Below, one piece after another: positions 52,551 to 61,024 of a DNA stretch of 64,000 nt. The stretch comes from an uncultured Actinomycetes bacterium. GTDB lineage: Bacteria > Chloroflexota > Dormibacteria > Dormibacterales > Dormibacteraceae. Where the stretch lies: NCBI GenBank assembly GCA_964640005.1, contig CAZXGB010000001.1, positions 103,456 to 167,455 on the forward strand. The letters run 5' to 3'. Below the pieces are notes generated by a model, which was not told where the DNA came from, did no database searches, and saw only the letters and a program-made list of their open reading frames with translations. Positions within the stretch are counted from its first letter, which is position 1. Each line of letters starts with the position of its first letter. A program made the translations under genes and the position numbers.

Positions 52551-53402
52551 ATGTCGCAAGCGAACCTCGCCCGCAAGCCCGCGCTGCAGCCCGCTGAGGG
52601 GCAGAAGCAGGTGCCCGAACGGCCGGCGCCCCGCGCCGTGGGCATCGAGGCGGTCGCCGTCGGCGCGTGGTTCGGAGGCCACAAGGTGCTGTCCGGCGTA
52701 ACGCTCGAGATGCGCGCCCGTCAGGTCACCGCCCTGATCGGGCCCTCTGGCTGCGGCAAGTCGACCTTCCTGCGGATCCTGAACCGGATGCACGAGCTCG
52801 TGCCCGGCGCCTCGATGTCGGGCGAGGTGAAGCTGGACGGCGTCGACATCTACGGCCTGGACCGGCGTCCGACCGAGACGCGGCGCCAGATCGGGATGGT
52901 GTTCCAGAAGCCGAACCCGTTTCCCGCGATGAGCATCCGCGACAACGTGCTGTCAGGCCTGCACCTCTCGGGCATGAAGGTCCGGTCCGCGGACGCCCTG
53001 GTGGAGGAGAGCCTGGTCAAGGCCGGCCTCTGGAAGGAGGTGCGCAACCGCCTCGGCGCGCCGGGTGGCAGCCTGTCGGGCGGTCAGCAGCAGCGCCTGT
53101 GCATCGCGCGCGCCCTCGCCGTGAAGCCGCAGGTGCTCCTCATGGACGAGCCGTGCTCGGCGCTGGACCCGGCGTCGACCGGCCGGATCGAAGAGACGAT
53201 CGCCGACATCGTGCACGAGGTGACCGTCGTCATCGTCACCCACAACATGCAGCAGGCGCGTCGCGTCTCCGACACGTGCGCCTTCTTCATGGTCGACGAG
53301 GGCTCGCCCGGCACGGTGGTCGAGGTCGGGCCCACGGAGAAGATCTTCACCAGCCCGGTGGATCCCCGCACCCTGGACTACGTGCAAGGAAGGTTTGGCT
53401 AG
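52551..53402 (+). CDS. pstB: Phosphate ABC transporter ATP-binding protein PstB
   Basis: [48 protein letters not shown], plus the PstB-specific FPMSIRDNV-like block. Confidence 0.95.
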   Translation: MSQANLARKPALQPAEGQKQVPERPAPRAVGIEAVAVGAWFGGHKVLSGVTLEMRARQVTALIGPSGCGKSTFLRILNRMHELVPGASMSGEVKLDGVDIYGLDRRPTETRRQIGMVFQKPNPFPAMSIRDNVLSGLHLSGMKVRSADALVEESLVKAGLWKEVRNRLGAPGGSLSGGQQQRLCIARALAVKPQVLLMDEPCSALDPASTGRIEETIADIVHEVTVVIVTHNMQQARRVSDTCAFFMVDEGSPGTVVEVGPTEKIFTSPVDPRTLDYVQGRFG

Positions 53403-54950
53403 TTGAAGCGCTTGATCCGATTGCTGGCGGTGGTGGCCTGCGCGGCCGTCGTCGCGCCCGTTCCGCTCACCGCGCAGGCGATCGGACCGACCATCACCGG
53501 CGCCGGCTCGACCTGGGTTCAGATCGCGCTCGACCAGTGGCGGGCGGACATCGCGCGCCAGGGCTATTCGATCAACTACCAGGGCGTCGGCTCGAGCGCC
53601 GGCCGGACGCTCTACATCATCAACGAGGTCGATTTCGCGGCCAGTGAGATCCCGTTCCAGCCCGATGAGCTCAACCAGCTGAGGGGCTCGGGCAAGCACT
53701 ACCAGTACATGCCCGACGTCGCCGGTGGAACCTCGCTTATGTACAACCTGCACCAGCCGGACGGCAGCCGCATTACCAACCTCAGGCTGAACGCGGATGC
53801 CGCGGCCAAGATCTTCACCGGCGTCATCACTCGGTGGAGCGATCCCGAGATCGCCTCCCTCAACCCCGGCCTTCAGACGCGCGAGTCGCGGATCGAACCC
53901 GTCATCCGTTCCGACGGATCGGGCACGTCCGCCCAGTTCTCGCTGTACCTCGCGAACCAGGCGACCTCGGTCTGGAACGCGTTCGTCAACTCGGCGGGCT
54001 GTCCCGCCCCGTGCTCTCAGTGGCCGCCTTTCACCGGCAGCATCAACGCCGCATATTCCGACGGCGTCGCCAACTTCGTGGCCAACGACAGCATCGGGTC
54101 GGGGTCGATCGGATACGTCGAAGCCGGCTACGCCTTCGGTCGCGGCTTCCCCGTGGCGTCGCTGCACAACGCGAGCGGCAACTTCGCCCAGCCGACGGCG
54201 ACCAACGTGGCCACCGCGCTGCGTCACGCGACGCTCTACTCGGACCTCACGCAGAACCTCACCGGCGTCTACGCGGCTCCCGAAGCGAACGCGTATCCGA
54301 TGTCCAGCTACAGCTACATGATCCTGCCCTGCGTAGCGCCCTCCACCGTGTTCCCGACGTGCTCCCCCACGGCCCCGGCGGGTTTTGGCGCCGACAAGGG
54401 TGCGGTGCTCGGCACGTGGATCCTCTACATCGCGTGCGGCGGTCAGCGGCGGGCGGCGCCGCTGGGCTACTCGCCGCTGCCGCCCAACTTGATCCAGGCC
54501 GACTTCGACGCGGTGAGCCGCCTGCCGGGCCATCCCCCCATACCGCCGCTCGACTACCAGCACTGTCCGAACCCGACCCTGGCGGGCAGCACCGGCGCAA
54601 GCGGGGGCGGCGGGACGGCGGTTTCGGCCGGGTCCACCGCGGGCTCTGCCACCTCCGCGGGATCGACCTCGGCGTCGGCCGGCGGGACGGCAGCGGACGC
54701 CGGAGGGACGCTCGACACCTCCGCCGCCGACCAGGGCGGTTCCGCCGCGGTGCTTCCGCCCGGGACCGCGCGGGTGACCGTGCTCGACTCGGCGGCGCGG
54801 ACGCAGCAGCTGAACAGCGCGCTGGCCTCGGCGGCCCGGGTGCCATCGCCCTCCCGGGCGCCGCTCTGGGGCGCCCTGCTGACGCTTCTCGTCGCCGTCT
54901 TCGCTCCGATGCTCGTGGTCACGGCACGGGGGAGGATGGGCGGTGGGTAG
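53403..54950 (+). CDS. PstS-family (PBP_like_2) substrate-binding protein with Gly/Ser/Ala-rich stalk and C-terminal TM anchor
   Basis: Signal LLAVVACAAVVAPVPLTAQA. Motifs GAGSTWVQIALDQW, YQGVGSSAGR, VDFAASEIPF, SDGSGTSAQF. The C-terminus reads LWGALLTLLVAVFAPMLVVTARGR. TTG start at 53403. Confidence 0.75.
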   Translation: MKRLIRLLAVVACAAVVAPVPLTAQAIGPTITGAGSTWVQIALDQWRADIARQGYSINYQGVGSSAGRTLYIINEVDFAASEIPFQPDELNQLRGSGKHYQYMPDVAGGTSLMYNLHQPDGSRITNLRLNADAAAKIFTGVITRWSDPEIASLNPGLQTRESRIEPVIRSDGSGTSAQFSLYLANQATSVWNAFVNSAGCPAPCSQWPPFTGSINAAYSDGVANFVANDSIGSGSIGYVEAGYAFGRGFPVASLHNASGNFAQPTATNVATALRHATLYSDLTQNLTGVYAAPEANAYPMSSYSYMILPCVAPSTVFPTCSPTAPAGFGADKGAVLGTWILYIACGGQRRAAPLGYSPLPPNLIQADFDAVSRLPGHPPIPPLDYQHCPNPTLAGSTGASGGGGTAVSAGSTAGSATSAGSTSASAGGTAADAGGTLDTSAADQGGSAAVLPPGTARVTVLDSAARTQQLNSALASAARVPSPSRAPLWGALLTLLVAVFAPMLVVTARGRMGGG

Positions 54951-56949
54951 GCCCAAGGCCTTTCGGCTGCGCCACCTGGCCATGGCCGCCGGCGCGGTTA
55001 CGATCGGGCTCGAGTTCGCCCTCGGCGCGATGACGGTCGGGGCCGTCGCGTCGCCGAGCCCGACGGCCGGCGCCAGCCCGACGGCGAGCGTCAGCCCGAC
55101 GGCGAGCGCCAGCCCCACGGCCAGCCCGAGCCCCAGCGCCAGCCCGAGTTCCAGCCCGAGCCCCAGCCCGACGCCGGTGGCCGGCATCTCGGTGCAGCCG
55201 GCGGCGGGCCTGTCCGACGGCCAGTACGTGAGGGTGTCGCTTCAGAACCTCGCGCCCGGTGAGGCGGTCTTCTTCCGCCAGTGCATCGCCATCCCCGTCC
55301 ACCTGACGACCGACTGCACACGCATCAACACGCAGATCTATGCCCGCGCCGACGCGCAGGGCGGCGGCAGCACCTACCTTCCGATCGCCGCGTACGGCAG
55401 CGATCTTTTGACCAACGCCGCGCTGACGGGCAAGATCCAGTGCGACAAGGACCACGACTGCTCGATCCTGGGGACGAGCACCCTCCGCCACACCTACAGC
55501 GCGCTCCTCAGCTTCGCGCCCTCGCCCGATGCCTGCCCGACCCAGCCGGCGGACACGCCGCTCGGCAGCGGCAGCGCCGCGGCCGCCCGGGCGATCTACC
55601 GCTGGGAGGCCTCGGTATGCGTGCCTCCCCGGTCGCTGCCGATCGGCTACACGCCGCACAACGACCAGGACGCGTACAAGGATCTCGACGCCGGATCCAC
55701 CCAGTTCGGCGTCGCTTCGATCGTCCCGCCGCCGCCTGGGTCGGGCGCGGCGGCCAGCCCCTCACCCCAGGCGGGCGCGGCGACCTACCGGCTCGCGCCG
55801 CTCACCGCGTCCGCCGTGGTCCTGGCCTACCGGGCCTACGACCTCCGGGGCAACCAGATCACCACCCTCACGCTCACCCCTGACCTCATCGCCCAGCTCT
55901 ACATGGGCAACATCAACAATTTCGGCGCCACGCCGGCCATCACCGCGCTAAATCCCGGGATCCTGTTTCCGCCCCGGGTCTCGGTGGTGGCTCGGGCCGA
56001 GCACAACACGGAGACGTACCTGTTCACGTCCTGGCTCGCGACCGTCGCGCCCGGCTCATGGAAGCCGCCCAAGTCGCCGGCGCCGGACATCTTTCCCTCG
56101 TCCCCGGGCCTGGACCTGAAGTTCGGCGAGTCCGCCGCCGCCCTCGAGATCGTCAACCCGCCCTCCACGGGGTTCGATTCGTTCGTCCTGCACATCGGAG
56201 TCATCGATTCCAGCACCGCTGCCTTCTACGGGCTGCCCACCGTGAAGATCGCGTACCCGGACGGCACGTCGGTGTCCGCGACCCAGGACACGATCCTCGA
56301 AGGGATCGCCGACTCGCAGGTGGCGCCGGACGGAACGCTGATCCCACGCTGGGGCGACACCGCCGACCCGGACGGGTGGTACCAGCGGGGCGGCGCGGCC
56401 TACCCGATGCCGCTGCTCACGTACATGGTCACGCCGACAAACAAGATCGACCCCGCCCAGGGCGATATCCTCGCCAAGTTCCTGAGGTTCGCGGTGCAGG
56501 ACGGCCAGACGCTCCTCACCGCGGAGGACGGCTATGTCCGGCTGCCGCAGAACCTGGTGAAGGCTAGCCTGGCGATCGCCGACCTCATCCCGGTGCCCGC
56601 GCCTCCGCCGGTCCCAAGCCCGACCCCGCCGCCTCCTCCACCCCCGCCGACCTTGCCGCCGCTGCCTCCCGTCAGCTCGGGCGGGGGCGGCACGGTGGGA
56701 GGCGGGACGGGAGGAGGCGCCACGTCCGGGGGAATCCAGTCGCACCACGCCACGCCCGCCCGCACCGCGCTGGCCACTCTGACCTCGAGCCAGGGCCTCG
56801 AGCTCGCGGGGGCGGTCCAGGGCGAGCTCGGGTTCCTGCCCGAGGACTACGCGCTGCCGGGGCTCGTGGGGCTGGTGGTGCTGCTGGTCGCCGGAGGCCT
56901 CGGCCTCAGGCTGTGGGCCCTGCGCGCGGCGGCGAGGCGCGGCGCGTGA
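54943..56949 (+). CDS. Surface-anchored protein: Ser/Pro/Thr linker, neocarzinostatin-like Ig domain, divergent PBP_like_2 domain, Pro- and Gly-rich stalk, C-terminal TM anchor with basic tail
   Basis: ISVQPAAGLSDGQYVRVSLQNLAPGEAVFFRQC (NCS-like). LGSGSAAAARAIYRWE and later blocks resemble PstS-like binding proteins. PPPPPPPPTLPPLPP and GGGGTVGGGTGGG stretches. Tail LPEDYALPGLVGLVVLLVAGGLGLRLWALRAAARRGA. Confidence 0.7.
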   Translation: MGRPKAFRLRHLAMAAGAVTIGLEFALGAMTVGAVASPSPTAGASPTASVSPTASASPTASPSPSASPSSSPSPSPTPVAGISVQPAAGLSDGQYVRVSLQNLAPGEAVFFRQCIAIPVHLTTDCTRINTQIYARADAQGGGSTYLPIAAYGSDLLTNAALTGKIQCDKDHDCSILGTSTLRHTYSALLSFAPSPDACPTQPADTPLGSGSAAAARAIYRWEASVCVPPRSLPIGYTPHNDQDAYKDLDAGSTQFGVASIVPPPPGSGAAASPSPQAGAATYRLAPLTASAVVLAYRAYDLRGNQITTLTLTPDLIAQLYMGNINNFGATPAITALNPGILFPPRVSVVARAEHNTETYLFTSWLATVAPGSWKPPKSPAPDIFPSSPGLDLKFGESAAALEIVNPPSTGFDSFVLHIGVIDSSTAAFYGLPTVKIAYPDGTSVSATQDTILEGIADSQVAPDGTLIPRWGDTADPDGWYQRGGAAYPMPLLTYMVTPTNKIDPAQGDILAKFLRFAVQDGQTLLTAEDGYVRLPQNLVKASLAIADLIPVPAPPPVPSPTPPPPPPPPTLPPLPPVSSGGGGTVGGGTGGGATSGGIQSHHATPARTALATLTSSQGLELAGAVQGELGFLPEDYALPGLVGLVVLLVAGGLGLRLWALRAAARRGA

Positions 56950-57776
56950 GCCCCCGCTTGCTGGGGATGGCCGGGGCGGCGCTCGGCGGGGCCGGGGTGC
57001 TGGTCCTGTTCGCGCTCGTGTTCGAGTTCGGCCTCAGCACGCTGACCGCGCAGCAGTCCCAGGACGGCCTGCTGCCCACCTTCAAGGCGGCGTCCCAGAC
57101 GACCGTGCTGGACGAGCCGAGCGTCAACGCGCCCCAGGGCAGCCCGGTGGCCCTCCTGCGCGTCCCTCGGCTCGGGCTCGACGAGGTGGTGGTCGAAGGT
57201 TCGAGCCCGGAAGAGCTCAAGGCCGGCCCCGGCCACCTGAGCGTGTCCCCGATGCCCGGCGAGTTCGGCAACGCCGTCGTGCTGGGCCGGCGCACCACCT
57301 ATGGCGGGCCCTTCCACGACCTGAACCACCTGCGCAGGGGCGACACCATCTCCGTGACGACCGGCCAGGGCACGTTCAGCTACGTCGTGACGCAGGTCGG
57401 TCGAGTGCCGGCGGGTGACGGCGGGCCGCTGCAGGGTACCCTGGACAGCCGCCTGACGCTGGTCACCTCCGACCCGACGTACCTGTTCACCGGCCGCCTC
57501 GTGGTGATCGCGATGCTGCAGGGACAGCCGCTGGCGGTGAGCACGCGCAACCCGCCCCGGGTCACCGCGTACGACCTCGGTCTGGCGACCGATCCGCTGT
57601 GGCTGGCGCCGGCCGCGCTGCTCGCGCAGCTCCTGGTGTTGACGATCTGGGTCGCCTTCCGCATGCGGCGGCGGTGGCCGGCCTCGATGACCTACATGTT
57701 CGCCGGACCGGTGATCGTCGCCCTGACGATCCTCACCGTGACCACGCTCGATCGCGGATTGCCTGGAACCTTATGA
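56946..57776 (+). CDS. Class E sortase homologue with substituted catalytic His and Cys (pseudo-sortase)
   Basis: GTG 56946 overlaps the upstream stop (GTGA). There is an N-terminal TM segment. The sortase core is LLRVPRLGLDEVVVEG..GPGH..PGEFGNAVVLGRRTTYGGPF..LRRGD..LTLVTSDP..GRLVV. The GHR His is Arg (cgg 57288-57290) and the TLxTC Cys is Ser (tcc 57468-57470). Confidence 0.8.
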   Translation: MSPRLLGMAGAALGGAGVLVLFALVFEFGLSTLTAQQSQDGLLPTFKAASQTTVLDEPSVNAPQGSPVALLRVPRLGLDEVVVEGSSPEELKAGPGHLSVSPMPGEFGNAVVLGRRTTYGGPFHDLNHLRRGDTISVTTGQGTFSYVVTQVGRVPAGDGGPLQGTLDSRLTLVTSDPTYLFTGRLVVIAMLQGQPLAVSTRNPPRVTAYDLGLATDPLWLAPAALLAQLLVLTIWVAFRMRRRWPASMTYMFAGPVIVALTILTVTTLDRGLPGTL

Positions 57777-57796
57777 AAGCTGGGAGGAAGTTCGAG

Positions 57797-58231
57797 ATGA
57801 AGGGCCGCATGCTCTTGCTGTTGATGGCGCTGCCGTCGGCGCTGATGCTGGCCGCGTGCGACAGCGGCGGCACGGTGGCGTTGACCACCCCGAAGTCGTC
57901 GCCGGTGCCCGTCGCCACGGTTCCGGACCCGGCCATCAAGGAGGCGGTCAGCGCCGCGCCGTCCTATGACGTCGGCCACACCGTTCACATCACCAAGGAT
58001 GGCATTCGGCCGAGGTCGTTGGCGAGCCTGTGCTGTGCGCCCGTGGTGTTCGTCAACGAGACCGCCCAGCCGCTGGCGGTCCAGTTCTTCACGTACAAGA
58101 TCGCGTCCGGCCCGATCGCCCCCGGGAGCAGGTGGCAGTGGGTTCCACCCAACCCCGAGAGCGTCGGCTATCACCTCGTGAGCGATCCGACCGCCACCGG
58201 GCAGATCCAGGTCGAGTCGCCGGACTGGTAG
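57797..58231 (+). CDS. Small lipoprotein (cupredoxin-like size, unknown function)
   Basis: ATG 57797 follows GGGAGGAAG (57782-57790). Lipobox ALMLAAC. ATG 57773 is an alternative start overlapping the sortase stop. Confidence 0.6.
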   Translation: MKGRMLLLLMALPSALMLAACDSGGTVALTTPKSSPVPVATVPDPAIKEAVSAAPSYDVGHTVHITKDGIRPRSLASLCCAPVVFVNETAQPLAVQFFTYKIASGPIAPGSRWQWVPPNPESVGYHLVSDPTATGQIQVESPDW

Positions 58232-58281
58232 CCCCGATCCTCGACGAGGCGCCGGCACCCACGGCCACCACGCAGCGGCCG

Positions 58282-59070
58282 GTGCGCAGGCGGATCGCCA
58301 TCGTGGGGAACTCGCACGTCCTGGCCCTGTTCCAGGGCTTCGAGGAGATCCATGCTGCGCTGCCCGAGAACGTGGAGTTGACGTTCATCGCCCGCGGCCG
58401 CTACAAGATCGGATACGCGGCCGGCTCCGCTGCGGGCTACACGGTGAGCTCCCCGGCGGGGACTCTCGCCGACCTCATGGCCGGCGCCAATCCCACCCAC
58501 GTCTTCGTCGTATGGCAGGGCAACCAGGTGAACGTCCGGGCCCTGCTCCTGCTGGACGGCCCTCCGTTCGACGTCGTCCTCCCGGAGGACGGCGAGCGCG
58601 CGCTCGATCCCGACGTCCAGCTGATCCCGACCTCCGCCGTGCGGGCCCACGTGCGGGCCTCGCTGGAGGATGCGGAGCTGACCGAGCTGCTGGTCCGGGC
58701 GGCGGGGCTGGGCGCCAGGGCGTGGCTGATCGGACCTCCGCCGCCGCTGCCCGAGGCCGCGGTCAGGGAGCGCCTCAACCAGGAGGCGCACTTCGCCGAC
58801 CGGCTCGTGGCCACCGGGCTCGATGCCGCCGGCGTGGCGATCGTGCCCGAGGCCGTGCGGGTGCGGCTGCGCGCGCTCCTGCTCGAGGCCTACCGAGACT
58901 TCGCCGTCGAGCGGGGCGTGGGGTTCTGTCCGCCGCCCGCCTCCGTGGCGGACGAGGCGGGGCTGCTGCTGCGGCGCTGCTGGGGCCGAGACATCACCCA
59001 CGGCAACGGCGCTTACGGCGCCGCCTACCTGGAGCGCATCGTCGCGACCGCGCTGGCGCCCGATGCCTGA
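58282..59070 (+). CDS. SGNH/GDSL-like hydrolase-fold protein
   Basis: GTG 58282 gives an N-terminus RRRIAIVGNSH (block I GxSx). VVWQGNQ is block III-like and GRDITHGN is a block V DxxH. The ORF-track extension to 58030 overlaps the preceding gene. Confidence 0.55.
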   Translation: MRRRIAIVGNSHVLALFQGFEEIHAALPENVELTFIARGRYKIGYAAGSAAGYTVSSPAGTLADLMAGANPTHVFVVWQGNQVNVRALLLLDGPPFDVVLPEDGERALDPDVQLIPTSAVRAHVRASLEDAELTELLVRAAGLGARAWLIGPPPPLPEAAVRERLNQEAHFADRLVATGLDAAGVAIVPEAVRVRLRALLLEAYRDFAVERGVGFCPPPASVADEAGLLLRRCWGRDITHGNGAYGAAYLERIVATALAPDA

Positions 59071-60124
59071 GCACCCCTACCGCCGGGCCGGCGACCGGGC
59101 CTTCTGGTCGAGGTCTGTGGCCGCCGGCTATCGCCCCATCACCGTCCCTGACCCGCCCCCGTTCCGGCTGAGCCGCGACGACCGGTTCATGTCCGCGGGC
59201 TCCTGCTTCGCGGCGAACGTCCGCCGCCACCTCGAGGGATGGGGCTTCGACTACACCGTGACCGAGCGGGCGCATCCCCAGTGGCCCGACGAGCGGGAAT
59301 CGATGTTCTACGAGGCGTACAGCGCGCGCTACGGCAACGTGTACACGGCCCGGCAGATGGTGCAGCTCCTGCTGCGGGCGGTGGGCGAGTTCTCTCCTCG
59401 AGAGGACCACTGGGCGGCGGCGGACGGCAGCTTCGTCGACCCGTACCGCCCTGGCCTGACCCATCGCGCGGCCTCGCTAACGGAGCTCCGCGCGCTGACG
59501 CTGCAGCACCTGCGGGCCGTGAGGCGTGCGGTCGAGGCGTCGACCGTCCTGGTCTTCACGCTCGGGCTGACCGAGGCCTGGGAATCGGCGGACGACGGCG
59601 CCGTGTTCCCGGCCTGCCCCGGAACCGTCGCGGGCGAGTTCGACCCGGACCGGCACCGCTTCGTGAACTTCTCCTACGAGGACGTTTCGGCCGATCTCGA
59701 CGCCATGCTGAGCCTCCTGCGCGCCCTCAACCCCGGCCTTCGCGTCGTCCTGACCGTGTCACCGGTCCCGCTCGTGGCGACCGCCTCAGGACGGCACGTG
59801 CTTACGGCCACCACGTACAGCAAGTCGGTGCTCAGGATTGCCGCGGAAGACGTCGCCAGGCGCCGCACCAGCGTGGCGTACTTCCCCGCCTATGAGATGG
59901 TGCTGGGCCCCCAGCACGAGCAGTCGCCGTTCGACGCGGACCTGCGGACGGTGCGTGAGCCCGTCGTGGCGGCGGTGATGGAGGCGTTCCGCGCCGTATA
60001 CATCGAGCAGCCGGTCGAGCTGCCGGCCACGTCGCCCCCCCGCACACCGGCCGTTCCAGGCCGTGCGCACCTGGTGGCGGAGGCGACCGAGGACGAATGC
60101 GAGGAGATGTTCGCCGAGTCTTGA
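59063..60124 (+). CDS. GSCFA-family protein
   Basis: The name-giving motif FMSAGSCFAANV is near the N-terminus. TLGLTEAW and LTVSPVPL blocks follow. ATG 59063 overlaps the upstream gene by 8 nt. Confidence 0.75.
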   Translation: MPEHPYRRAGDRAFWSRSVAAGYRPITVPDPPPFRLSRDDRFMSAGSCFAANVRRHLEGWGFDYTVTERAHPQWPDERESMFYEAYSARYGNVYTARQMVQLLLRAVGEFSPREDHWAAADGSFVDPYRPGLTHRAASLTELRALTLQHLRAVRRAVEASTVLVFTLGLTEAWESADDGAVFPACPGTVAGEFDPDRHRFVNFSYEDVSADLDAMLSLLRALNPGLRVVLTVSPVPLVATASGRHVLTATTYSKSVLRIAAEDVARRRTSVAYFPAYEMVLGPQHEQSPFDADLRTVREPVVAAVMEAFRAVYIEQPVELPATSPPRTPAVPGRAHLVAEATEDECEEMFAES

Positions 60125-60128
60125 GCCG

Positions 60129-60827
60129 CTAGGGCGAGTGATCGAACGGCGCGGCGTTGTCCCCGAGCTCGGTCGTCCCGAGCACGGTGTTGTCCACCAC
60201 GCGCTTGGGTGAGCTGCCGGTGTTGCCGGTCACGACCAGCCAGCCGCCGACCTGGTTGCCCGACACGTCGAGCTCGCTCGCCGTGACGTTGTCTTGGGCC
60301 ACGAGGTCGCGCCTGACCCTGTTGCCGAGACAACCCGCCGCGGGGTCACCGAGCAGCACGTCCGGCCCCGAGCGGCGCACCTCGATCCCGCCGGCCGTCG
60401 TGTCACAGACCTGAACATGGCCGTAGCCCGGCGCGCGGGAGTCGGCGACCCGCACGGTTCCGCCCACCGCCGTCTTGTACAGAAAGAGCTGGGCGGCTCC
60501 GTCGACCTCGACCGATCCCGCCACGTCCGTCCCATCGTGCAGGAAGACGGTGAGGGCGCCCGAGGCCCTGATCGAGCCTGTGACCTTCGTCGCCGACGCC
60601 TCGAAGTACGCATCGCGCAGCACGGTGACGGATCCCTTGAGGGTCGAGCCGCTGACGCGGCAGACCGCGCCGACCGGCACGGTCACGTCCGCCGTGGCCA
60701 TATTGATCAGCGTTCCGCTGCAGATGGTGCTCGTGTCCCGCTTGGCCAGCACCTGGGGGGCGACGGTCAAAAGCGCGACCAGCGCCGCGTAGAACACGAC
60801 CGGAACGACCAGTGCCCGCCGCCTCAT
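60129..60827 (-). CDS. Secreted beta-helix-like repeat protein (paralogue 1)
   Basis: Signal ALVVPVVFYAALVALLTVAPQVLA. It has degenerate ~20-aa V/G-rich repeats. The core SRAPGYGHVQVCDTTAGG...GPDVLLGDPAAGCLGN is shared with 62416-63204. Confidence 0.65.
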   Translation of the reverse strand: MRRRALVVPVVFYAALVALLTVAPQVLAKRDTSTICSGTLINMATADVTVPVGAVCRVSGSTLKGSVTVLRDAYFEASATKVTGSIRASGALTVFLHDGTDVAGSVEVDGAAQLFLYKTAVGGTVRVADSRAPGYGHVQVCDTTAGGIEVRRSGPDVLLGDPAAGCLGNRVRRDLVAQDNVTASELDVSGNQVGGWLVVTGNTGSSPKRVVDNTVLGTTELGDNAAPFDHSP

Positions 60828-61024
60828 CTCCGGTCGACTCTACTGGCCCAGAAACGACCGGTCAATTCGGATTCGGGGCCTGCACCAAGATGTCATGAAG
60901 AGTTCGAAATCCGTTCAATCGGCCGCCGCTTCGCCGCCGAACTGCCCACTCATGATGGCGACACCGGATGTCCTGGGTCTGCCGCGAGGCGACCCGCGGG
61001 GTTATTCAGTTGAGGAGGCAGTTA

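Noticed and set aside
52953-55187. Very long ORFs antisense to, or out of frame with, well-supported genes. Examples: 52953-55187(-), 6419-7654(+), 21439-23184(+), 23455-24837(-), 25967-27079(-), 61022-62416(-), 38651-40000(-).
   Set aside because: Their translations are Arg/Gly/Pro/Ala-rich with no motifs. They overlap genes that have clear family signatures. Such shadow ORFs are expected in GC-rich DNA where stop codons are rare.
56750-56949. A cell-wall sorting signal (LPXTG/LAXTG) or PEP-CTERM-type signal at the C-termini of 53403-54950 and 54943-56949.
   Set aside because: No LPXTG or LAXTG is present. The LPEDY-TM-RAAARR tail only superficially resembles PEP-CTERM (P-E-D, not P-E-P), and no exosortase gene lies in the window.
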